Part shown: one piece after another, positions 12,701 to 25,845 of the stretch | How the letters are laid out: the number at the start of each line of letters is the position of its first letter | Position numbering within the stretch: the first letter of the stretch is position 1 | Assembly: GCA_951406725.2 (NCBI GenBank) | Contig: OX597820.1 | Location: 27,652,001 to 27,716,000, forward strand | Source: Octopus vulgaris | Taxonomy: Eukaryota | Reading direction: 5' to 3' | Length of the DNA: 64,000 nucleotides | Translations under genes and position numbers: made by a program | Notes under the pieces: model-generated | What the model was told of the DNA's origin: nothing | What the model saw: only the letters and a program-made list of their open reading frames with translations | The model's database searches: none

Positions 12701-13702
12701 AGCGTAACGAAAACAGCGGAATTGTTTGGTGTATCAAGAAGTACTGTCTTCAAAGTAATGACAGTCTTTGAGAAAGAGGGAAAAAATCACCTCATCGAAA
12801 CAAACTCTGGAAGGAAACCAACACTTTCAGAAAGGGACCGTCGGACTCTTATTTGAATTGTTAGAAAGGATCACAAAAGTACAGATCCCTAAATTACTGC
12901 AGAGCTTAATGACCACCTCGAGAGCCCAGTTTCGATAAAAACTGTTCGCTGGGAGGGGAGCTGCACAAAGCCGGATTTCACGGGATGTCTGCATTCAGAA
13001 AACCACCATGTTAAAAAACAAGCGTTTCAAAGAGTTTAGAGTGGAGTAAAAACCTACAGAATTGGTGCATAGAGGAACTTATTTTCTCTGACGAGTCATC
13101 CTTTACCCTATTTCCGGTCACCGGTCGAGTATACGTGTGGAGAAGCATTTGACACAAACTGCCTTCTTCCAATTGTTAAACAGGGTGGAGGATCTGTGAT
13201 GATCGGGGAGGGGGGGCTATATCTTGGAAATCCGCCGCCCCAGTAGTTTTTTTCATGGTAGCATTAATAGTCAAGACTAAGCATTTTATCTGATCAAATT
13301 CATCCTATGGTTGCGGAATTGTTTCCAGAGGGAAACGGAATATTTCAGGATGATAATGCACCAATTCACACAGCTAAAGTTGTTACTGAATACCACGAGG
13401 GCCATTCTAGTGAAGTTGAACATCTTATCTGGCCACCACAGTCCTCAGATTTTAATATTATTGAACATTTATGGTGCATTTTAGAAAAACAATTAAGGAA
13501 TCGATATCCTCCACTATCATGACCACAAGAACTGGAGACTGTTTTAGCTGAAGAATAGACAAAAATTCCTTTTGAAGTAATTCAAACTTTGTACGAGTTC
13601 GTAGAATTCAAGCTGTGATTGCTGCCAAAGGCAGTCCTATTCCATATTAAAATAGATTTGTTTGAAATTTAAAGGTGTTTCCATTATTTTGTCCAACCCA
13701 AG
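12701..13702 (+). mobile_element. 5'-truncated Tc1-like transposon with DD36E spacing, pseudogenised
   Basis: [29 protein letters not shown]; FSDESSF; FQDDNAPIHTAK..WPPQSSDFNIIE (36 residues between D and E); right TIR aggtgtttccattattttgtccaacccaag followed by TA. Confidence 0.9.
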
Positions 13703-13866
13703 TATATATATATATATATACACATACATATGTATATATATATATATATATATATACATATATATACATAAATATACATATAGATAGATATAGATATAGA
13801 TGTATAGATATATACATACATACATATATATGTATAGTTACATACATACATACATATATGTATCTA

Positions 13867-15494
13867 CAGTTGCGGCCCAAATGTTCAGAACATTGTTTTC
13901 GTCAGAAAAGTAGGTATAAGTTTTAATCAAATTTATTTTATATTCTATAATTTTCACAGACAACAAATACAATATTATTTGTTATTGTCTGAGATTTTGT
14001 TGAAATTTGAGAGGATAATACAAAAGTCATGGATGATTTAGTGATTTACAGCAAAACCCATGGCGGCCAAAATGATAAGAACGGTTGCTTTTACTCCGTG
14101 TTTTATAGTATATTGAACCAGCGAACTCTAATGTTTTGAATTTGTTTACTTCACGGTTCGTTTACTAAACATTAGTAAGAATATCTGCAGTGTACTTTGT
14201 TTATATAATGCCACTTACTCCATTACCAATTCGTCAGCAGATTATTAAGCTTCGAAAGGAGGATAATTTAAGTATTGGGTCTATTGCAAAGATTGTTAAC
14301 AAGTCAAAAAGTGTTGTTCATGGTATTCTTAAGTATACGATGATTGTGGTTCGTGTGAAGCAAGAACGTCTACAGGTAGGCCAAGAAAAACGACCAAGAG
14401 AGATCATGCTATGGTAAAGTTGGTTAAAAAGGACAGATTTAAAACTGCTGTTGCTGTTTCTCGGGAAATGAGCATTGTACTGAAGAAAACTTTATCTCGA
14501 AAAACTGTGTCTCGTCGTTTAGTTGAACATGACCTACAAGCAAGAGCACCTGCAGTGAAGCCACTGATCAGCTCCAAGAATAAAAAGTGTCGTCTTACCT
14601 TTGCAACCGAACATGTGTTGTGGTCTCAAGAAAAATGGCAAACGGTGCATTTCAGTGATGAATCTAAATTAATGTTATTTGGCTCAGGTGGGAAAAGGTA
14701 CGTTCGTCGAAAAGTAGGTGAAAAAGTGTCGACAAAATGCCTTAAGACTAGTGTTAAATTCGGTGGAGGAAGTGTCATGGTTTGGGGGATGATATCTGGA
14801 GATGGTGTGGGCCCTTTGCTGCGATTACATGGAAAGTAAAATGCAGGAGTTTATAAACAACTTGTAAAAGATCATGTCTTGCCTGTGCTGAGAAATTCAA
14901 CTAAGCGACTACCCATATTCATGCAGGACAATGCCCCATGTCACAAGGCTAAAGTGGTTATGAACTTCCTCAAGGCTGAAAAGGTTATTGTTATGGATTG
15001 GCCTGCTCAAAGCCCAGATCTCAATCCTATTGAAAATGTGTGAAATATTGTAGGAGAACGTTCGAAAGCCAGAAATCCTAAAACAACCGAGCAATTATGG
15101 AATGCCCATCAGGAAGAAAATTCAATAATTTCACCCAGCAAGTAATTGAAAATTTATTTTCCTCATGCAGTCGAAGATGTCAAGGTATGATTGAAGTTAA
15201 AGGGCTTCACGCTAAATATTAGATAATTCCATTATTCTCTGTCATTTTTGATTATTTTGTTATTTTTTTCAACCGTTCTTATCATTTTGGCTGGCATGGG
15301 TTTTGCAGTAAATCACTCAATCATCCATAACTTTTGTATTATCCTCTCAAATTGCACCAGAACCTCAGACAATAACAAATAATGTCGTATTTATTGTTTG
15401 TGAAAATTATAGAATATAAAACAACTTTGATAAAAAAATTGTATCTACTTTTCTGACGAAAACAATGCCGTTCTGAACATTTTGGCTGCAACTG
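13867..15494 (+). mobile_element. Full-length Tc1-like IR/DR transposon (DD34E) with ~220-bp TIRs
   Basis: TIRs 13867-14087 and 15270-15494, cagttgc ends, TA on both sides; outer/inner direct repeats gcggcccaaatgttcagaac (13872) and gcggccaaaatgataagaac (14063). Confidence 0.95.
14208..15222 (+). pseudogene. Tc1 transposase pseudogene
   Basis: GRPRKTT, FSDESK, GGGSVMVWG, MQDNAPCH, WPAQSPDLNPIE; about 2 frameshifts (~14332, ~15120) and 2 in-frame stops (14837, ~15041). Confidence 0.93.
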
Positions 15495-15689
15495 TATATA
15501 TATAGCGAGAGAGTGAGGTGTGGGTGTCAAGTACTATCCAGGGATCCAATTAGCTGAACTGGTTCTCTGTATGTTACAGATTATGTAATAGGTTTTGCTT
15601 TGCCATGGAATCCGCTCTTTAATGGAATTAGAAATGGGGTTTCTCGAATTTGCAAATCGAGAATACAAACTCACTGGTCTATGATATTC

Positions 15690-15870
15690 ACTGTTGAAGA
15701 AGCCAGAAATTTGAATGCGAGGTTTAATCAATTAAATTTGACCCAGTACTTGCTTGTTTTTTGCTTCATCAACTCCTTAAGGATGAAAGGCAAAACTGAA
15801 CTCGGTGGGATTTGAGCTCGAAACGTACAGAACCGAGAGAAATGTTGCTATTTTGGCTGACGCAGAATTA
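15690..15870 (-). mobile_element. SINE family B, degenerate
   Basis: ggatgaaaggcaaaactgaactcggtgggatttgagctc matches the family B core. Confidence 0.65.
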
Positions 15871-16090
15871 CAGAGATAACGAATATCGCTCCGCCGCAGA
15901 ATGTAAGAGTTTAATTCTATCATCAATTAGAAAGACATTAGAATTCCCATTCCAGAGTGCACAGGAATTTACTTTTGATTGCTGCTATTGATAGAAACTC
16001 ATACAAAACAATCTCTTACATTGCATTCATTATAATTAAGCTCTGAACATGACTACTTAATTTCTAAATAGATAAAGGGTTATACACACA

Positions 16091-16158
<68 letters not shown>

Positions 16159-16261
16159 TCTGTGTGTGTGATAACATTGAGAAACGGTTTTCTGACGACG
16201 TAATTGTACTCAAGAAAACACTAGTGAGAACTTAATATTTTCCTCTTAATTATCCTCGGTA

Positions 16262-16264
16262 TAG

Positions 16265-16306
<42 letters not shown>

Positions 16307-16500
16307 GCTTCTTCTTCTTCTTCTTCTTCTTCTTCTTCTTCTTCTTCTTCTTCTTCTTCTTCTCCTCCTCCTCCTCCTCCTCCTCTTCTTCTTCTTCTTC
16401 TTCTTCTTCTTCTTCTGCTGCTGCTGCTTTCTTCTGCTGCTTCTCATTCGTCACCGTCGTCGTCGTCGCCTTTTTCTTCATTTTCTCATCATCATCATCA

Positions 16501-16546
<46 letters not shown>

Positions 16547-16645
16547 CGTTATTATTATTATTATCATTACTATAGTTATTATTATTACTACCATCATCAT
16601 CATCATCATCCTCATTTTTATCATTTAGTAGTAGTAGTAGTTGTA
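16262..16645. repeat. Compound trinucleotide microsatellite (CAT/CTT/CTC/CTG/CGT/ATT/TAG)
   Basis: Direct inspection. Confidence 0.95.
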
Positions 16646-18800
16646 CCATCATTGCTGTTGTTTCTCTTTTTAATACCTGTGATCTGAAGGCGACTACAAG
16701 TATGTATCAGATAAGTCAACGAACACGAAAAGAGACAATTTTTTTCTTCTCAAGAGATAACATAGAATGAAGCATTATCTAATCTGTAACATTTATCAAC
16801 TTGCTCAAGACGTATAAAACGTACATAACAAAAGAAGGACTTCTCTGTCAGCCATCTTAACATCGCTTAATGATGTAAAATTCAGTAAATAAAAAGACAA
16901 TTGCACCTTGCTTGAAATTTCTTGTAGTAAAATGTATGTTTGTAAAGATGACAATTTATTTTCTTAAAGAATAAAAGGCATTTAAACACCTACGAAAGTT
17001 TTGTGTCTACCAATCATCCATTCTTTCTTTCTCTGCCCCCCCTCTCTCTCTGATATTGTTTATCTTAAATGTCAGTCCATCTTAAGCACAAACGTTTTCA
17101 GTGAACTACTTAAGATATTTCTTGTATGCAAAGGTTTCGTAATATTACCATTAACAGACTATACCGCGACACATTCATAAGCACGTTCTAGTTTGGTTGT
17201 TCGCTCTGAAAGATGTAAGAATTTGGCTGCTTGAACAACTATAATAAACCAAACTTTGGAAATCATCCCTTAAGCTACAGTACATATCACTATACAATAT
17301 AACTGCATCCTTTGACGAAGCAATATGGGTGCTTCTAAGTGGTAACACGGCATGCTAGAAATAGCAGTTAGCAATTTTTCAAATAACTCAAACTAAGATC
17401 GTTATATAATATATGTATTCTTAAACAAGGTACTTCTAAAAGAAAGATAACCTGAAAAAAAGTGAGGCTTGACAATAGATGGAACACCTTTAAGTATATG
17501 ACTGCTCTGTTAGAGCTGAAGAGGAGTAGCAACAATCATTATAACGATTATATTGTACTACTTCACCTTGGGTTTGTAAATCTTTTTCTATCAAATATTA
17601 ATTTTCGATCAAACATCAATATTAGTAAATAAAAATGAAGGATGTGTTAAATGCGGAATTAGTTTACATGCCGTAGCACTAACAAATCTAATATTTATTT
17701 CTATTGTACTCCAAGTCAGATAAAGAAGGCACCACACCAGAAAAGTCGAAAAATTTGGAGTATATTGAAGCTGATGGGACAAGTCACCACTTTCCACAGT
17801 TTCCAGTATTTATTGTATCCATAGTGAATCGCAAGGTCTATTGTTTAGATCGGTATGGCTGGGGTTTGGTTGTGTAATCGGGATGCGTGATGTGTTTCTG
17901 TGAAAGGAACTTCATTCCATGCTGTTCCAATACGCGCAGCTGAAAATGACTGTCATTGATACTTGGGAATTAACCTTGCTACGCACTGGCGTCCCCATAA
18001 ATTTTGTTTAGTCTTGTGTTCTCACTCTGGAAACATTGAAAGCCGACTAAAGCTCTCTCCTCATGAATCAGAAGGATCGAGCCAGACTACAGCAAATCAT
18101 TTAGGAATTAAGACACGGTCTGCTTGCTATAGACGAGACAATAAACAGCTTCCATACAATGCAAAGTGATGATTATAACTAACCAATGTGCGTAGTGAAT
18201 TTTATTACGCTTTGATATGCCGGCTATTGATCTGTTATTCTCTTGCATGTCAAATCAATGCTTATATTTATAACAACAGCTTATTTAAAATAATGCAATA
18301 TGAATAGTTATAGCAAGTGATTATAGAAAAGGCAGTGAAATGGGACCGGTTAGCTAAAATTTAATCAACATATTTAATTAAATTTGTGAATTTGACGAAA
18401 CAAATATTGCGCAATAAAAGGCAAACCCGCCGTCATATACGCATAATCAAACAAACCAACTTTAGCTGCAAACAGAAAAGGATTTGTATAGTAATAAAAT
18501 ATATGATAAACTAGAGGAACTAGCTGGAAATTTATTAACTAAGAATTAAACTAAATATAAAAGTAGTTAATTAACCGAAGCAAACATTTAATAATAATGT
18601 ACAGAATCAATGAGATGAGATTAATAAATTCAAGAGCGAGGTTTGAATTAAAACTAATATATTTTTGGCATTTGATATTGTTAAATTGTAATATTGATAA
18701 ATGGGAAATGAAAGAGTTATTGAAAGTAGCGAGGATTCTATAATTTCCGTCTAGGGGATTTATCTCTCTCTCTCTCTCTCTCATTCTCTCTCTCTCTCTG

Positions 18801-18865
<65 letters not shown>

Positions 18866-19155
18866 ATATATATATATATATCTATCTATCTGTCTATGTA
18901 TCTATCTATCTATCGAGCTACCTATCTACCTATCTATCTACCTACCTCTCATTATCTCCTTTACATGCAATATACACACATATTCATATGTGTATATATA
19001 TATATATACATACAAACATACATGTATATACATGTACACATATACATACACGCATATACTTACACACATTCATACATAGATATTTGCACTTGCATACATT
19101 GCATACATACCTACACAACCACATATATATCTATTATCTCTCTCTGTGTCTCTTT

Positions 19156-19206
<51 letters not shown>

Positions 19207-19667
19207 TATATACAGAGAGAGAGAGAGAGGCGGGGGGAGAAAGAGAAAGCGGAGATTAATGACGTTTAGATAGAGAGATATGTATATACACAGGCACACA
19301 CAAATATATAAACATATCGCTCTCTTTCTTCCAAACTCTCTAACTATCCAACAATGTATCTTCTTTGTATCTATATATCCGTAGAAATAAAATGTTGAGG
19401 TCGGTCTACAGGCATATTCTCTCTATATGTATACGTTTATATCTGTATATGTTTCCCGAGTTCACATACATATAACTTACACATAACATATCATTTAGAC
19501 TAAAATTGTATGACCAGTTACACTAGACTAGTTTTGCTTCCATGCTCTCCAAATTAGTTTTATATTGATATCTACTGTCTGAACCTTTCATTTTAATATT
19601 ACATCAAATTTTTTCCGAAGCAACAGATATCTAGTTCAATTCTTGCCTGAGTGTTTAACCATATATA

Positions 19668-19715
<48 letters not shown>

Positions 19716-19752
19716 TATATATACATATATAATTAATCAATATAATTAATCA

Positions 19753-19795
<43 letters not shown>

Positions 19796-19801
19796 TATAT
19801 A

Positions 19802-19988
19802 TATATACACACACATATTCAGTGGCATTCACATTTATTTACATGTATTTACATGTACACACACATATATCGTCATATACACCGATGTGAAGGCGCATGG
19901 CTCAGTGGTTAGAGAGTGGAGCTTACGATCGTGGAGGTTGTGAGTTCGAATCCCGGACCGGATTGCATGTTGTGTTCTTGAGCAAGAA
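19802..19988 (+). repeat. Inverted duplicate of SINE C head plus its flank (partner 20281-20470)
   Basis: Reverse complement of 20281-20470, including non-SINE flank cacatattcagtggcattcac. Confidence 0.9.
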
Positions 19989-20057
19989 CATATATATATG
20001 CTTCTGTATGTGTATAAGTGTAAATATACGTATTTGTGATGATATATTGTGTGTGCT

Positions 20058-20383
20058 AAAGACCCCTTTCGGTCATGACTGACCGTAGGATTGCACCTAG
20101 AAATTTACCCTCCCAGATACAAGTCCGGGCAAGGTTGTTTATGGAAGACCGGCGGCCGCCTATGCATACCGGACTCCCCTCTCCATGCCATCAGTGTTAT
20201 CCAAGGCCGATACAGCTTGGCATCTACGACGTCGTAACTCATTTCTACAGCTGAGTGAAGTGGAGCAACGTGAAATAAAGTGTCTTGCTCAAGAACACAA
20301 CACGCAATCCGGTCCGGGATTCGAACTCACAACCTTCACGATCGTAAGCTCGACTCTCTAACCACTGAGCCATGCGCCTTCAC
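20058..20383 (-). mobile_element. SINE family C (tRNA-derived head)
   Basis: gaaggcgcatggctcagtggttagag..gagttcgaatcccgg with A-box TGGCTCAGTGG and B-box GTTCGAATCC, followed by tgtgttcttgagcaagacacttt. Confidence 0.85.
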
Positions 20384-20480
20384 ATCTGTGTATATGACGA
20401 TATATGCGTATGTACATGTAAATACATGTAAATAAAGGTGAATGTCACTGAATATGTGTGTGTATATATGTGTGTATATA

Positions 20481-20560
<80 letters not shown>

Positions 20561-20903
20561 TATATATATACATAGACGTAAGAGATAATCGTATGAACGT
20601 GTGTAGGCCTGTATGCGTGTAACTAAATATACATAACTTTTCTGAACTTTATATAACACTTAAAAATGTAATTTACTTCCCTACCTTATTCATATTGTAC
20701 TGTATTTACATTGTAATTTACTCTATAATCTCTATTTATTCATTCTTTATTACTCTAATTCTATTTACATGCTCTGTCTTGTCCACAAGTAACCTGTAAC
20801 CCCTTCACCCAGACACATATAAATATAAACCATAAACAATATCATTCAGTCCGCTGTGATGAGTCTACAAACAAACACACAAAATACCTATGGGTATATT
20901 TTT

Positions 20904-20986
20904 TCCTTCTGGAGAGATTATGCTCAGAATCATGGTTTTAATATTTAATTAATTTCTCTGTGTATAACTTAAAGAGCTGTGAGGGA
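20904..20986 (+). ncRNA. Degenerate hammerhead motif with long stem II in a PLE pLTR-like remnant
   Basis: tcctt-CTGGAGA-gattatgctcaga..tctgtgtataact-TAAAG-agct-GTG-aggga; stems pair but the core is mutated. Confidence 0.4.
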
Positions 20987-21195
20987 TAATGGTCGATTTG
21001 TTGCTGATAATAAACTCTTATTAATTTCAATATCTCCATCTTCTTCATTTACATAAATATAAATTATGGTTTATATACAAACCTATTATTTTATATTATT
21101 TTATGGATATCACCACCTCCCAAAATATTAGGTATTATACCGATATTTCCTTGGATGACACGATGACTTCATGAGGCTAACATAACCTCTAACTG

Positions 21196-21267
<72 letters not shown>

Positions 21268-21734
21268 GTATAGTGTGTGTAATTGTTGTGTAATTGCTGT
21301 GTGTGTGGTGTGTGTGTGTGGATGTTCATGTATCTGTGAATGAAACTACCGCAGGAAGGCCTGCTTCCGAACTGTGCGGTTTCATGTTCAGTCCCACTTC
21401 GCGGCACTTCGAACAAGTGTTTTCTGTTAGAGGCTCGATCGAACCAATGCTTTGTGATTTAATGACTTAATTTGGCAGACAAACATTTGGAAGCTCATGG
21501 AAAATGTGGAAACTCGTGGTACACACACACGCTCACAAACACACACACACACACGCACACATATACACACACGTGTTTATTTGTGTATGTGTAATGTGTG
21601 TGGCCGTACAGAATATTTCCAGAAGCACAATTTCGTACAGTTTTTAATAGTATATTTTATTCAAGTGGGAGGGCAGTATTCACGATATCTTACTGGACCC
21701 CTCCTCCGCCACACACATTAATATATATATATAT

Positions 21735-21880
21735 TAGCGGTTCGGCAAAAAGGACCGATAGAATAAGTACTGGGTTTACAAAGAATAAGTCCCGGGGTCG
21801 ATTCGCTCGACTAAAGGCGGTGCTCCAGCATGGCCGCAGTCAAATGAATGAAACAAGTAAAATAGTAAAATAGTAAAATA
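21735..21880 (+). mobile_element. SINE family A 3' part, directly abutting the next copy
   Basis: ttagcggttcggcaaaaaggaccgatag..gaaacaagtaaaatag. Confidence 0.85.
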
Positions 21881-22042
21881 GGCGCAGGAGTGGCTGTGTG
21901 GTAAGTAGCTTGCTAACCAACCACATGGTTGCGGGTTCAGTCCCACTGCGTGGCATCTTGGGTAAGTGTCTTCTGCTATAGCCCCGGGCCGACCAATGCC
22001 TTGTGAGTGGATTTGGTAGACGGAAACTGAAAGAAGCCTGTC

Positions 22043-22101
<59 letters not shown>

Positions 22102-22305
22102 ATTGTGTGTCTGTGTTTGTCCCCTAGCATTGCTGGTGTATTTACGTCCCCGTCACTTAGCGGTTCGGCAAAAGAGACCGATAGAATAAGTACTGGGCTT
22201 ACAAAGAATAAGTCCCGGGGTCGATTTGCTCGACTAAAGGCGGTGCTCCAGCATGGCCGCAGTCAAATGACTGAAACAAGTAAAAGAGTAAAAGAGTAAA
22301 AAGAG
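21881..22305 (+). mobile_element. SINE family A full-length
   Basis: ggcgcaggagtggctgtgtggtaag..ggttcagtccc..(TA)n..(gtaaaaga)n tail. Confidence 0.92.
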
Positions 22306-22937
22306 TATATATATATATATATATATATGTACATACAGATTTCTTCAAACACATTCACTCACAAGGCTATACCAGAAGACGTTTGACTAAGATACCGTGC
22401 AGTGGAACTCTACTCAAAACGTTGTGGTTGTAAAGCGAGTTTCTTAACCATACAACCATGCTCATATAACATATTCTTAATTAGATGCGTTACTAATTTT
22501 ACCTGATTGGCCTTGTATAACTTTGTTGTTTCAAACGATATCTTTGCTGCAGTTACCTCAGACGATTTTGCATTTATTTTTTCCTATCGTTATATATCAA
22601 ACGGCAATACCTTCTTAGATTAAAGGGCCATATTTCTTAGTAAGAGTAAACAACACAAAGAAAATTTTTGGATCAACACAACAGTAACTGAGATATTCCT
22701 TACTGATACCGCTCTACATGAATTTAATGGATATACTGAAAGTTCTTCTTTTTAAAATATTATATTGAAGATATCGCTGCATTTTGTAACTGCTAGCCGT
22801 TTTAACTGTGTCATATTAATATCAAGTTTATCAAAACCTTAACAATAAACGACTTAAGCTGCCTGAAAGAAATTTTGAAGATTAAACTATAAATCAGAAA
22901 ATGTAATGTGCAATGCTTCCAATCGAAGTCAACTTTA

Positions 22938-23285
22938 GGCGCAGGCATGGGTTTACGATGCGCAAGCGTGGCAGTTTAGCACGAAGCTTCCTTCCCAACC
23001 ACATAGTTCCGGGTTCAGCGAGACTACGTGGTATCTTGGAGTAGTGTCTTCTCCTATAGACTCGGGCCTACCTAAAGCTTGATTGTATTTGGTGGAGGGA
23101 AACTGAAAAGAACCTGTCCAATATATATGTACATACATATAGGTATGTGTGCACGTGTTTTTTGTCTCTCTTTGATCCCACCCCATCGCTTTACAACCGG
23201 TGACGGTGTTTTTAGTACCCGTGATATAACGGTTCTGCAAAAGAGAAAGACAGAAGTAATACTAGGTTTTACAAAAAATAAAATA
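22938..23285 (+). mobile_element. SINE family A, diverged
   Basis: ggcgcaggcatgg..gttccgggttcag..aactgaaaagaacctgtc.. Confidence 0.75.
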
Positions 23286-23451
23286 TTCATATTAGCACTG
23301 GCTTCGATTCATCTCCTCAAACTTGCTTGCCTGAAACCCTGCAAGTGACTGTGGTCTTGATAAGTGTGAATGTTGAGATTGCATTCACTTCTACGTCATG
23401 GAAACATTAAAAAATGCTTCCCTTTTTAATTACATTTATGTTTATTTAAGA

Positions 23452-23590
23452 AAAGGCGGCGAGGTGACAAAACCGTTAACGAGTCCAACATAATGCTTAG
23501 CAGTATTTTGGTTCATTGTGTTCTTAAATTCACATTACTCCGACTTCGATTTTTCGTTTATTTCCTTTCGCGACCGATAAATTAAGTGAC
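23452..23590 (+). mobile_element. SINE family B head, diverged
   Basis: aggcggcgaggtgacaaaaccgttaac..cctttcgcgaccgataaattaag. Confidence 0.6.
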
Positions 23591-24245
23591 ACTTTAGAGG
23601 TGTGACCAAAGAAATCAAACAACCCAGTTTCATTAAAACTGTTTAAGCGAAAATTTTGAGACAGGATACCAACAAAACTATTATTTACACTGCCTGAATG
23701 TTTCAGATAATTCATATTTAATTAATTAATATAGGGCAATCTTTTCTTTCAAACTTATGATATTGAAGATAAGATTGTATCCTAATTAATTAGAATAGAT
23801 TTGATAGCCGTCCAAATATTTTACCAAATAAATCAAGCAATTATTAAAATTGCTTGATATTTTACTCCCTTTTTTCCATTCTAAAGGTAAATCGATGTCT
23901 TTTAAAGAAACCTACACTAAAAATATGGCAACTACTAGCAAAGCTATTTGGTTGATTATTCCTTATGGGAGGCAATTAAATCAAATCATCCTTTCTAGCT
24001 CCGGGATGCTATTATTTGGAATTTTCCAAAGAATTTTAGGTATTACTCGATTAACAACTCGCACACCGTTCGAATTAGTTTTCCTAACACAGAAAACCTT
24101 TCACAAATTATCTCTTTACATAATATTAGTCCGTTAAATGAGGATCCAATTATTGCAAATAATAACTTAAATTTAGCTAATACTAACCAGCCCCCTAGAA
24201 ATATTAGCTGAAGTCTCTGAAGTTAATTCCAACAAAATCAAGTTT

Positions 24246-24635
24246 ATGTCTAGTAATTCTAAGACTAAAAATTCTATATACCAGTGTAAAATTATTTCCG
24301 GCACCGATGTATTTTTTTATATAGGAAGTTCTTTTTCTCAGTTATCTCAAAGAATTTCTAATCATTACTCTACATTTAGGGATAGTAATAAACGCAACAG
24401 TACAGGGCTTAGTAAATTACTTTGGTATCTAAAAGACCATAATAAACAATTTGATTTAGATTGGTTGATTCTCTCCATTTCATTCTCATATGATAAAGGT
24501 AAAGAATTCTGCCAACTCTGTAATAGTGAATTATTTTCTATTCTATTTTTTAAGAATCTTCTTGTAACCATGTTTATAGAGCGTGCTTGTCGATGGAAAC
24601 ATTGGCAGAAACATACCTTTAGTTCATATAAGTGA
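24246..24635 (+). pseudogene. Penelope GIY-YIG endonuclease domain
   Basis: IYQCKI..FYIGSS..LSQRISNHYSTF..NSTGLSK.LW.LK..W.IL..Y..CQLCNSE..C.WKH. Confidence 0.9.
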
Positions 24636-24926
24636 TATCTACCATTCTATATAATTTGAACATTGATTTTCTTCTAACATTTACTTCCACTAGATATATC
24701 TATTTCCAAGCCTTTAAGCTTTTATATTAATTGACATATCGCTGCATACTTCTTTATTAGTTTTCTGCTTACTTCTTATCTTTTCCCTTTCTCTTTCTAT
24801 AGGCTACCTTTCACGTTATATCGTCTACGGTTATTTAAAAAAAAACAATAAAGGAGTTCCGTTCAGCATTATACACAGCCATCACATTCTGTTAAAATGA
24901 CTTATTCATGAGTTTGGTTCCTTTCG

Positions 24927-25011
24927 TTCCCTGATGAGAATATTACATTGTTTTACACCATTTTATTCCTTTGGAATAATACCAATGTTGTCTCCGAAAC
25001 ACATATCGGAA
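24927..25011 (+). ncRNA. Hammerhead ribozyme motif in Penelope pLTR
   Basis: ttcc-CTGATGA-[long stem II]-GAAAC-acat-ATC-ggaa; stem I ttcc/ggaa; one stem III mismatch. Confidence 0.65.
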
Positions 25012-25049
25012 GTAAAAGAATTTGAATAACACCTGCGTTTAACTCGATT

Positions 25050-25139
<90 letters not shown>

Positions 25140-25227
25140 TATACAGCCTTTTAAAGAAACGTACCTTCTGCTTTCGTTCAAACGCAGTTTTATAGCCATT
25201 ATCACCTTGAATATTGAATGCTAAAAA

Positions 25228-25445
25228 GGCGTCGAGCATGGCAAAAATGCTAGCACGCCGAGCTAAATGCTTAGCGGTCTTTCGCCTGTCTTTACGTTCT
25301 GAGTTCAAATTCTGCCGAGGTCGACTTTGCCTTTCATCCTTTCGGGTGCTATAAATTAAGTACCAGTTGCGTACTTGAGTCAATATAATCGACAGGTTCA
25401 CCTCCTCCAAAATTTCGTGCCTTATGTCTAGAGTAGAAGGGAATA
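25228..25445 (+). mobile_element. SINE family B
   Basis: acgttctgagttcaaattctgccgaggtcgactttgcctttcatcctttcgg core. Confidence 0.85.
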
Positions 25446-25737
25446 TTAAATGTCAAGATTCTGGGCAATACATATACTGTAAAATTTATTGATAAACTAT
25501 TTGTATTTTTGCCAAGGTTTTGTAAGTATCTCCTTCTGTCGGGTTAATGTGTTGTTCTACTGATGTATGAAAGAATAATGACGATAGATAAGAAAGACTG
25601 TTGAGAAAACGGGACAATGTGTTTGAATGGGAAAGGAATAGATATATAGAGATAAATACATACAGTATAATTCTGTGAAATAGAGGTACATAGATAGAAT
25701 GATATGCATGTATACCTAAATGTGTGGTGAGTGTATA

Positions 25738-25779
<42 letters not shown>

Positions 25780-25802
25780 CATATATATGAAAAGAAAGAG
25801 TA

Positions 25803-25845
<43 letters not shown>

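Larger units (their letters stand above)
23790..25050 (+). mobile_element. 5'-truncated Penelope-like element: linker, GIY-YIG endonuclease and 3' pLTR
   Basis: AIWLIIPYG..NFPKNFRYYSINNSHTVRISF..NLSQIISLHN linker; EN ORF 24246-24635; HHR motif 24927-25011; ends in (TA)n. Confidence 0.9.

Noticed and set aside
16221-16652. Acidic/basic low-complexity protein
   Set aside because: Compound trinucleotide repeat with no flanking coding signal.
19890-19965. tRNA gene
   Set aside because: A/B boxes present but no convincing cloverleaf, and it continues into SINE body; same for heads at 33722, 49377 and 52723.
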